Of a stretch of 64,000 nucleotides of DNA, positions 37,990 to 45,721 are shown in pieces. The number at the start of each line of letters is the position of its first letter. Positions within the stretch are counted from its first letter, which is position 1. The DNA is from an uncultured cyanobacterium (lineage in GTDB: Bacteria; Cyanobacteriota; Cyanobacteriia; Pseudanabaenales; Pseudanabaenaceae). The stretch spans positions 1,472,001 to 1,536,000 of the forward strand of contig OY969811.1 of NCBI GenBank assembly GCA_963703315.1. The letters are read 5' to 3'. The position numbers and the translations under genes were made by a program. The notes beneath the pieces are model-generated. The model did no database searches and had not been told where the DNA came from. It saw only the letters and a program-made list of their open reading frames with translations.

Positions 37990-38403
37990 ATGGATTTTTT
38001 AAAGGGACGTTTTCCGTTAGCGGTAGCGATCGGTGCAATTTTTGGAGCCTTGAGCCGTTTTTATGTGACTGAAGGGGCAAAGGCTATTTTTGGCAAGGAT
38101 TTCGGCTTTTACGGTACATTCTTCATTAACGTATCTGGCTGTTTATTGATCGCCTATATTCTCACCCTTGCCACCGAGAATCTTCGCATCATTTCACCTG
38201 AACTACGTTTGATGACGACAACGGGTTTTTGTGGCGCATACACTACCTTTTCTACATACGGATTGGAATCAAGAGGATTCTTAGATAAAGGGGATATCAC
38301 CACGCTATTAATTTATTTTGTGGGCAGTGCGATCGCAGGCATGATTGGTATCCAAATTGGAGTCTTATTGGCAAGAGCAAGCGATCGACAATCAGCATCT
38401 TAA
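37990..38403 (+). CDS. crcB: Fluoride efflux channel Fluc/CrcB, copy 2
   Basis: GALSRF, GTFFIN, GFCGAYTTFST. Confidence 0.93.
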   Translation: MDFLKGRFPLAVAIGAIFGALSRFYVTEGAKAIFGKDFGFYGTFFINVSGCLLIAYILTLATENLRIISPELRLMTTTGFCGAYTTFSTYGLESRGFLDKGDITTLLIYFVGSAIAGMIGIQIGVLLARASDRQSAS

Positions 38404-38407
38404 ATCG

Positions 38408-38637
38408 ATAGAAGTGTGTAAGTAAATAAGTTACACACTTCTATTGCGTTTCGCAGTCTAGTGAAGTACGGGATTGTTTCCCCGCCGAAGGCGGGGAAAC
38501 AATCCTCTATGGCTCGATTGCTTGAAAAGCGCTATATATTTACAGCCTAAAGTAGTACAGAGAGATTTTTGAAAGCGCGGCTTCGCCGCGCTTTCAAAAA
38601 TCTCTCTGGGTTTTAAGTCAGCACAAAACTCTGTAAA
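38408..38637. repeat. Stack of three palindromic elements
   Basis: ATAGAAGTGTGTAA/TTACACACTTCTAT (38408-38444); GGATTGTTTCCCCGCC-GAA-GGCGGGGAAACAATCC (38471-38505) in a GCTATA-ended element; CAGAGAGATTTTTGAAAGCGCGGC-TTC-GCCGCGCTTTCAAAAATCTCTCTG inside TTTACAG...CTGTAAA (38539-38637). Confidence 0.8.
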
Positions 38638-38699
38638 TAGAACAAGAGAATTTATCCCCTTGTTCTATAGTTAGTAGACGCAGTTTTTAAAATTACAAT

Positions 38700-39659
38700 A
38701 TGCCGAAAATAAAACACCGAAAAACAAAACACAAAAGTTGGTTTAAATTTGTCTTACAGATAAAAGGATCGGTGATCGTAGCTGTATATAAACACGTAAT
38801 CATCCTCGGTCTATTTGGGTTATTTGTTTCTCTACTATCCTATCTACAAATTCCTGTAGCACAGCCTGTTTTAGGAAGTATCATCCCCAGTATTGTCTTA
38901 GGTTTATTATTAGTTTTTAGAACTAATACTGCCTATGATCGCTTTTGGGAAGGTCGCAGATTATGGGGTAATCTAGTCAATGATTCGCGAACCTTAGCTT
39001 GGCAAATTGGAGTAATAATTAATGATGTTGAAACAGAAGATCTAGTCAAAAAGCAAGCAGCGATGAGGCTAATCCCTATTTTACTGGTAGCAATTAAAGC
39101 TCATCTTCGCTCAGAGTCTGACAATAATGAATTAGAAGAACTCATGTCTATTTCTCAGTCTAGCTCTCAATATCTACAGTTAAAGACTATTAAGAATAAA
39201 CCACTCCAAATTACTAAGTGGATTGCCAACTATATCCAACAACAGTATCAAAGAGGTAATGATTATCTTCATTACAACCACGTACCAATTCTGCAATCTA
39301 ATTTAAAAAGTATTATCGATTCAATAGGAGGATGTGAGAGGATTTTAAGAACACCTTTGCCTGTAGCGTATGTGATTCACCTCAAACAACTGGTGTTAAT
39401 TTACTGTATATTATTGCCTTTTCAACTAGTCAAAGATTTGGGATGGTGGACAGGTTTATTTGTGGGTTTAGTTAGTTTCGCTTTGCTTGGAATTGAAGAA
39501 ATCGGTGTTGAAATAGAAAATCCTTTCGGATATGATGAAAATGATTTACCCCTTGATACTATTTGTAACACAGTCAAGCAGGATATTGAGGAGTTGATTT
39601 CTAGTAATTATGCGATCGCGTCTGATGTCGCATCCAATGTAGACAAAGCTTATCTATAG
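38700..39659 (+). CDS. Bestrophin family ion channel (YneE-like)
   Basis: LLVFRTNTAYDRFWEGR, CERILRTP.P.AY, EIENPFG.D.NDLPL. Confidence 0.93.
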   Translation: MPKIKHRKTKHKSWFKFVLQIKGSVIVAVYKHVIILGLFGLFVSLLSYLQIPVAQPVLGSIIPSIVLGLLLVFRTNTAYDRFWEGRRLWGNLVNDSRTLAWQIGVIINDVETEDLVKKQAAMRLIPILLVAIKAHLRSESDNNELEELMSISQSSSQYLQLKTIKNKPLQITKWIANYIQQQYQRGNDYLHYNHVPILQSNLKSIIDSIGGCERILRTPLPVAYVIHLKQLVLIYCILLPFQLVKDLGWWTGLFVGLVSFALLGIEEIGVEIENPFGYDENDLPLDTICNTVKQDIEELISSNYAIASDVASNVDKAYL

Positions 39660-39738
39660 CAAAGCAAGTTTTGCTTAGGATAAAACCCCAGAAGTGAGTG
39701 GCGGCGCAAAGCACCGCCACTCACTTCTGGGGTTTTAT
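39655..39738. mobile_element. Family C element (partial); its TATAGC end contains the bestrophin stop codon
   Basis: TATAGCAAAGCAAG...ATAAAACCCCAGAAGTGAGTGGCGGCGC-AAA-GCACCGCCACTCACTTCTGGGGTTTTAT. Confidence 0.75.
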
Positions 39739-39887
39739 GAGCTACAAAGATGAAGTTAGATAAATTTGTGTTTTGATATTAAAGCATTGGTCAGCTAATC
39801 GGGGATGTGTAATAAACCGCCCATTTCATGGCAATAAAAGATGCGCAGATACGGCAATCACACTTTAACTGTCTAGTACCCTAATTT

Positions 39888-40622
39888 CTAAACGGCTAAG
39901 AATTTTTGGATGACTTCATTACTTAATTCCGAAGTCTTGCCAGAAGCAACAATACCGCCTTTTTGCATGGCATAGTACCAATCAGCTTGGCGCACGAAAT
40001 GCAAATGCTGTTCCACTAACAAGATCGAAATTCCTGTAGTTGCGATGATGTGTTTAACCGCCGATTCAATTTCTAAAATAATCGATGGCTGAATTCCTTC
40101 CGTTGGTTCGTCGAGAATTAATAATCGCGGTTGTCCCATCAAAGCACGGGCGATCGCTAATTGTTGTTGTTGACCGCCGCTAAGGTCGCCACCCATCCGA
40201 TTGAGCATTGATTTCAATACTGGAAATAGCTCATACACCATATCTAAAAGATGTTGGCGCACCGCAGGCGTAACGGGTCGAGATTCTAAACCCAGTAAAA
40301 GATTTTCCCTAACGGTCATACGCGGCATTACTTCACGACCTTGCGGCACATAACCCACACCCATTCTGGCGCGGCGATCGGGCGCAAGTTGAGTGATATC
40401 TTTCCCAAAAAAGGAAACATCTCCCTGTCTTGGTTTCAACAATCCCATAATTGTTTTTAATAGAGTCGTCTTACCAACACCATTACGACCAATCAGGCAA
40501 ACCATTTTGCCAGAAGCCACACCCATATCGACATTGCGGAGAATATGACTTTCACCGTAATAAACATTGAGATTATTAATTTGTAAAATCGGATCGTAAG
40601 TTTCTTCCATAGTTTCTTGCAT
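39888..40622 (-). CDS. urtE: Urea ABC transporter ATPase UrtE
   Basis: YGESHILR, GRNGVGKT, YVPQGRE, DEPTEGIQPS; last gene of the urt cluster. Confidence 0.94.
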   Translation of the reverse strand: MQETMEETYDPILQINNLNVYYGESHILRNVDMGVASGKMVCLIGRNGVGKTTLLKTIMGLLKPRQGDVSFFGKDITQLAPDRRARMGVGYVPQGREVMPRMTVRENLLLGLESRPVTPAVRQHLLDMVYELFPVLKSMLNRMGGDLSGGQQQQLAIARALMGQPRLLILDEPTEGIQPSIILEIESAVKHIIATTGISILLVEQHLHFVRQADWYYAMQKGGIVASGKTSELSNEVIQKFLAV

Positions 40623-41371
40623 TATTCTTCCTCCTGATGACCCAAATAAACTTCAATTACTCGTGGATCATTCTTGACTTCATCAAAGTCACCTTCGCAA
40701 AGGACGCTGCCTTGATGTAAAACCGTTACCTTACGAGCAATCTGGCGCACAAATTCCATATCATGCTCGATCACGATAATTGAATGGGATTCGGCTAAAG
40801 ACATCAATAGTTCGCCAGTTTTTTCGGTTTCTTCATCAGTCAATCCTGCAACGGGTTCATCCACTAACAATAGGTCGGGAGACTGAGCAATTAACATCCC
40901 AATTTCTAACCATTGCTTCTCGCCATGCGATAGAAATTCGGCTTTCATTTCTGACTTCGCAATCAACCCGATCACATTGAGAAGTTCATTCACTTTCTGC
41001 TTTTCGACTACCGATGGTGGTTTAAAAAGCGTAGAGAAGACATTTTTATTGGGATTGCTGGCTAGTTCTAGGTTCTCTCTAGGCGTGAGATTGAGATATA
41101 TGCGAGGAGTTTGGAACTTCCGTCCCACACCCATTCTGGCGATTTTATGCTCAGATAGCGATCGCGTATTTCTACCTTTAAATCGCACTTGTCCTTGAGT
41201 GGGTTTAGTTTTGCCCGTAATCACGTCTAAGAATGTGGTTTTACCCGCACCGTTAGGACCAATAATCACTCGTAATTCACCCTGCTCCATCTCAAAGTTT
41301 AAGTTATTAATCGCCTTAAACCCATCGAAGCTAACTGTGACATCTTCAATCTCTAAGATTCTGCCGCTCAC
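40622..41371 (-). CDS. urtD: Urea ABC transporter ATPase UrtD
   Basis: VSFDGFKA, GRKFQTP, SHGEKQWLEIGM. Confidence 0.94.
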   Translation of the reverse strand: MSGRILEIEDVTVSFDGFKAINNLNFEMEQGELRVIIGPNGAGKTTFLDVITGKTKPTQGQVRFKGRNTRSLSEHKIARMGVGRKFQTPRIYLNLTPRENLELASNPNKNVFSTLFKPPSVVEKQKVNELLNVIGLIAKSEMKAEFLSHGEKQWLEIGMLIAQSPDLLLVDEPVAGLTDEETEKTGELLMSLAESHSIIVIEHDMEFVRQIARKVTVLHQGSVLCEGDFDEVKNDPRVIEVYLGHQEEE

Positions 41372-42554
41372 TTTGTACCTCTGGATCTAACTCAAGACTG
41401 GGATATGTGACTGTTTGTCTACGTCTAAAAATTCGTTGGAATAGCAATACGCCACTAGTGCGGAACCAACCCACTAATCCATCGGGCAGTACCATCACCA
41501 CAATTAAGAACATCGCACCCTGAAAGAATAGCCAAATTTCGGGAAACTGTTCACTTAATAAGCTCTTAGCGAAGTTGACTAAAACGGCTCCGATCAATGC
41601 ACCTATCAGCGTGCCACGACCACCAACCGCTACCCAAATCACCATTTCAATGGACAATCCGATATCCATCGATTTTGGCGAAATGATCCCTGTTTGGGGA
41701 GTGAAGAGTGCGCCGCCGATGCCAGCTAGAACTGCGGAGATAGCGAATACGAGAACCTTAAAACCTGTGGGATCGTAACCAGAGAATCTGGCGCGGTTTT
41801 CGTCATCTCTGAGCGCAATTAATAATCTGCCAAATCTACCACTGGTGAGCCAACGACAGAGTGCATAGGCTAAGCCTAAGAAGAAAACAGTAAGAATATA
41901 GAAAACTCGCTGGGTTTCAGGTGCGTTAACATCATAACCAAACAGGGTTTTGAAGTCAGTAAGTCCATTGGTACCGTTGATATATTGCTGCTGACCGTTG
42001 AAGAAGTTGAAGAAAATAATCGTGGTGGCTTGGGTGAGAATTGAGAAATAAACACCACGAATGCGATTTCTAAATACTAAGTATCCTAAGATTGCACCAA
42101 CGATCGCAGGAATCAGCACGATCGCTAATAATGTAAATTCAAAGGAATAAAACGGCTCCCACAATGCAGGAAGTTTGGTAATGCCATAGAGAGGCATGAA
42201 GGAAGGTAATTTTTCCGTAGCATCGGCAGGGAATTGCAATTTTAAGTGCATCGCAAGGGCATAGCCGCCCAAGCCAAAAAATACGCCATGTCCTAAGCTG
42301 AGAAGCCCTGTATAGCCCCAGATCAAGTCAATTCCTAAAGCCACGATCGCTAAAGCCAGAAACCGACCTAACATGGTGATCCGAAAGGCTTGACCTGTGG
42401 CGGTGAAAATTGCGGGGATCACAAAAATTAGTAATAGGGCGATCGCGATCGCAATGCCAATTTCGATACCAAGCGATCGCCACTTATTTTTATCTAATTT
42501 AGGTTTAGATAGAGTCGGACTATCTTTAGAAATATCCTGAGAAATATCTTCCAT
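41346..42554 (-). CDS. urtC: Urea ABC transporter permease UrtC
   Basis: DLIWGYTGLLSLGHG, RGVYFSILTQA, NGTNGLTDF. Confidence 0.94.
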   Translation of the reverse strand: MEDISQDISKDSPTLSKPKLDKNKWRSLGIEIGIAIAIALLLIFVIPAIFTATGQAFRITMLGRFLALAIVALGIDLIWGYTGLLSLGHGVFFGLGGYALAMHLKLQFPADATEKLPSFMPLYGITKLPALWEPFYSFEFTLLAIVLIPAIVGAILGYLVFRNRIRGVYFSILTQATTIIFFNFFNGQQQYINGTNGLTDFKTLFGYDVNAPETQRVFYILTVFFLGLAYALCRWLTSGRFGRLLIALRDDENRARFSGYDPTGFKVLVFAISAVLAGIGGALFTPQTGIISPKSMDIGLSIEMVIWVAVGGRGTLIGALIGAVLVNFAKSLLSEQFPEIWLFFQGAMFLIVVMVLPDGLVGWFRTSGVLLFQRIFRRRQTVTYPSLELDPEVQSERQNLRD

Positions 42555-42589
42555 GCTTATTTATCCATACTCACTATTTACAACTCCAC

Positions 42590-43759
42590 TTACAACTCCA
42601 CTGAACGACCTTTTTGAGGAAACATTCCTGCGGGTTTGTACTGCAAGAAAGCAACAATCATCAGGAACAGCAATACTTTTGCCATGCTGGTCGTCCCGAA
42701 GAAGGTAAAAAATCCTGCGACAGGGCTTTGTGCGCCAAAGAGAGTTACAAAGGTCTGCGAGCCAAATAGATAACTAGTAACCCCGATCGCCATTGCTGCC
42801 GCGATACTGCCTACTAATTTACCTACGCCGCCAACGACCACCACCATGAAGGTATCGACGATGTAGTTCTGTCCAGTATTGGGACCTACTGATCCAAGGA
42901 AACTAACTGCACATCCAGCGATTCCTGCTAGTCCTGAACCGAGCGAGAACGTTAGAGCGTCAACGGTTTTGGTAGGAATCCCTAAACAAGAACTCATTTG
43001 GCGGTTTTGCATAACGGCGCGAATGCGTAAACCCCAAGGTGATTTTTCGAGGAATAAATAAATGCCAATCACACAGGCGATCGTCAAAACGATAATAAAC
43101 AAACGCACATAGGGTAATTGCAAACTCCCGATCGCAATGCCACCTCTCAGCCATTTGGGAGCCGTCACATCCACATTCTGAGCGCCAAACCAAGGTTGGG
43201 TCACCGCCATTGTGTAAGTCTGAGCGAGAAATACTGCCACTGCTCCTGAAATTGCCAGAGATAGGGGGAGCAGAATCGCGATCGCCCAAGACCGAATCGA
43301 TTCCCAATTTGGTCTTTTTTGCAAAATCCAAACGGCGACAAAATATAACAAGCTAAAAACTACGATCGCCGCAATAATCACCCAATTCACACTGCGAACA
43401 AACTGCTGCAAAATCAAGCTCACGCCCCAAGTTGCCAGAAGAGTCTCTAATGGTCGTCCATAAAGATAGCGAATCACTCCCTTTTCCAAGAGAAATCCCA
43501 TCCCTGCGGTCACCAGAAAAGCTGCAATCAGAGCCGCAAAAACATAAAAATCTAGCCAAGGTTCTCCCAACTTTTTGAAGCCATTCTGCACCACAAAAGT
43601 TGTATAGGCTCCTAACATCATTAATTCGCCATGAGCCATATTAATTACGCCCATCAGACCAAATACGATCGCTAGTCCCAATGCTGCCAACAACAACACA
43701 GAACCCGTACTAATACCATTAAATACTCCCTCTAGCAGGCGGAGAAGGTTCTCATTCAT
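42590..43759 (-). CDS. urtB: Urea ABC transporter permease UrtB
   Basis: FGLMGVINMAHGE, RPLETLLATWGVSL, YIVDTFMVVV.GG. Confidence 0.94.
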   Translation of the reverse strand: MNENLLRLLEGVFNGISTGSVLLLAALGLAIVFGLMGVINMAHGELMMLGAYTTFVVQNGFKKLGEPWLDFYVFAALIAAFLVTAGMGFLLEKGVIRYLYGRPLETLLATWGVSLILQQFVRSVNWVIIAAIVVFSLLYFVAVWILQKRPNWESIRSWAIAILLPLSLAISGAVAVFLAQTYTMAVTQPWFGAQNVDVTAPKWLRGGIAIGSLQLPYVRLFIIVLTIACVIGIYLFLEKSPWGLRIRAVMQNRQMSSCLGIPTKTVDALTFSLGSGLAGIAGCAVSFLGSVGPNTGQNYIVDTFMVVVVGGVGKLVGSIAAAMAIGVTSYLFGSQTFVTLFGAQSPVAGFFTFFGTTSMAKVLLFLMIVAFLQYKPAGMFPQKGRSVEL

Positions 43760-43808
43760 GACTCTATCTACATAAAAAATATGAGCAAATCTATTCGATA
43801 CTCAGTAA

Positions 43809-44057
43809 TACCAAAATTAAAAATGGCAACGCCATTTTTAATTTTGAAAATCCTTAATTGTTACAACGAACAGAATCAAAATAGTTTGCTGTGCAGACAT
43901 TGCCCACACAGCAAACTATTTCAAGATTAGATGTAGGATGCGTTAGTGCAACGTAACGCATCCATTATGTAGAAACGATGGGTTACGCGATCGCTAAACC
44001 ATCCTACGTTTAATTCCAACAACTTACTAAGTTAACAAGGAGCTTAAGCCCCTTGTT
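43809..44057. repeat. Four different hairpin elements between urtA and urtB, including a GTAG-type REP doublet (43933-44007)
   Basis: Family D end 43809-43846; AAATAGTTTGCTGTG/CACAGCAAACTATTT 43879-43921; GTAGGATGCGTTAG...GTAACGCATC and its inverted copy ending ATCCTAC; AACAAGGAGCTTAAGCCCCTTGTT 44034-44057. Confidence 0.8.
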
Positions 44058-44066
44058 TGTAGAAGT

Positions 44067-45410
44067 CTATGCTTTCTTGAACTTGCCGCCCTTCGCCTTA
44101 TCGGAGTAATCGCAAGCAAAGCCCTTCGTTTCTGCGACAAACTGGTTCCAAGGCAAGGGTTCAACGGCGGTCTTAGTTTCGTAAACCACCTTGAATTGAC
44201 CATCACCAGTTACTTCACCGATGCGGACAAACTTCGACAAGTGATGACTATTTTCCATAGTTACCTTGCCTTCAGGTGCATCAAAGGTTTGACCAAGAGC
44301 CGCCATTCTCACAGCTTCGAGATCCTCTGCTTTACCTGCCTTCTCAACCGCTTGCTTCCAAATGTTGACAGCAATATAGCCTGCTTCCATCGGGTCATTA
44401 GTGACACGATCTGCGCCATACTTAGCCTTGAAAGCTTCGACAAACTTCTTATTAACAGGATTGTCAACAGTCATGAAGTAGTTCCATGCAGCGTAGTGAC
44501 CCTTGAGGAATTCTGCACCGATCGCCTTGACTTCTTCTTCAGCGATACTAACGGACATCGAAGGATATTTGTCAGCAGTGAGACCAGCACCTTGCATCTG
44601 TTTGAAGAAAGCAACGTTACTATCACCATTCAAGGAGTTGTAGATTACACCACCATTGGGAAGTGCTTGCTTGATCTTAGTGATAATCGGTGTAACTTCA
44701 GAGTTGCCGAGGGGGAGATAGTCTTCGCCAACGACCTTACCACCTGAAGCTTCTAGTTGCGCCTTGATGATCGTATTTGCGGTACGAGGGAATACATAGT
44801 CAGAACCAACTAAGAAGAACTCCTTACCCTTGTTCTTGAGTAACCATTCGACAGAAGGTTCAATTTGTTGGTTAGGTGCGGCTCCAGTGTAGAAAATGTT
44901 CTTAGAACATTCTTGACCTTCGTACTGCACAGGATAGAAGAGTAGATGATCTTTGGCTTCAAATACTGGAAGTACAGCTTTGCGGCTAGCAGAAGTCCAG
45001 CAACCAAATACGACAACTACCTTGTCTTGATCGATTAATTTCTTGGCTTTTTCGGCAAAGGTTGGCCAGTCAGAGTTACCATCTTCAACGATCGCTTCGA
45101 TTTGTTTACCAAGCACACCGCCTTTCTTATTGATTTCTTCGATCGCAAGCTGGGTTGCATCTACGAGGCTCTTCTCACTGATTGCCATTGTGCCACTTAA
45201 AGAGTGGAGGATACCCACTTTAATCTTGCCACCACTAGCTGCTGCTGTCGCTTTCGCTGTAGGTGAGGCAGCAGTAGTTGCGGCTGTGGTTGCGGCTGTA
45301 GTGGTAGTAGCTGTAGGAGTAGCTGGAGCGCAAGCTTTGATTAAACTACTAACTCCAAGGGCGGCAGAGCCATAGACGATAAACTTACGACGATTCATTT
45401 TCTTGCTCAT
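44067..45410 (-). CDS. urtA: Urea ABC transporter substrate-binding protein UrtA
   Basis: Tat-like NRRKF and IKAC lipobox; [33 protein letters not shown]. Confidence 0.96.
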   Translation of the reverse strand: MSKKMNRRKFIVYGSAALGVSSLIKACAPATPTATTTTAATTAATTAASPTAKATAAASGGKIKVGILHSLSGTMAISEKSLVDATQLAIEEINKKGGVLGKQIEAIVEDGNSDWPTFAEKAKKLIDQDKVVVVFGCWTSASRKAVLPVFEAKDHLLFYPVQYEGQECSKNIFYTGAAPNQQIEPSVEWLLKNKGKEFFLVGSDYVFPRTANTIIKAQLEASGGKVVGEDYLPLGNSEVTPIITKIKQALPNGGVIYNSLNGDSNVAFFKQMQGAGLTADKYPSMSVSIAEEEVKAIGAEFLKGHYAAWNYFMTVDNPVNKKFVEAFKAKYGADRVTNDPMEAGYIAVNIWKQAVEKAGKAEDLEAVRMAALGQTFDAPEGKVTMENSHHLSKFVRIGEVTGDGQFKVVYETKTAVEPLPWNQFVAETKGFACDYSDKAKGGKFKKA

Positions 45411-45555
45411 TAAACTTTAATGCCTCCAAACTTTTGAATTCTATTTGAGAACCTTGACATGAGAAACTTAGGATGGAGGTTGACCCTCACTCCTCTCACA
45501 CAAATCAATCAAAATTACATTTCCACAATCCTGATATAGTTAATCTCGATGAGTT

Positions 45556-45569
45556 GTATCACAGAATAC
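45556..45569 (-). promoter_or_regulatory. NtcA binding site upstream of urtA
   Basis: GTATTCTGTGATAC (GTA-N8-TAC) about 146 bp upstream of the start; imperfect -10 (CAGGAT) 22 nt downstream. Confidence 0.75.
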
Positions 45570-45603
45570 TTTTCTTCGACGTTGGCTTTGCAACAAGATT
45601 TGC

Positions 45604-45709
45604 AAACCCCAAGAAGCGAGTGGCGGCGCAAAGCGCCGCCACTCGCTTCTTGGGGTTTATCCCCTGACACAGTGTTTAGAGAGGTGGTGCTTTGCACCGC
45701 CTCTCTAAA
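45604..45709. repeat. Two GC-core palindromes
   Basis: AAACCCCAAGAAGCGAGTGGCGGCGC-AAA-GCGCCGCCACTCGCTTCTTGGGGTTT (45604-45658); TTTAGAGAGGTGGTGC-TTT-GCACCGCCTCTCTAAA (45675-45709). Confidence 0.88.
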
Positions 45710-45721
45710 TGATCTAGTTTG

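Noticed and set aside
39780..39885. Non-palindromic stretch after urtE that could be an IS end or gene fragment
   Set aside because: No partner inverted repeat and no convincing translation; cannot be supported
44196..44747. Long antisense or alternate-frame ORFs within known genes (e.g. 183 aa opposite urtA, 159 aa opposite mscS, 152 aa opposite the FecR-like gene)
   Set aside because: Nested in well-supported genes with no recognisable motifs; explained by codon bias
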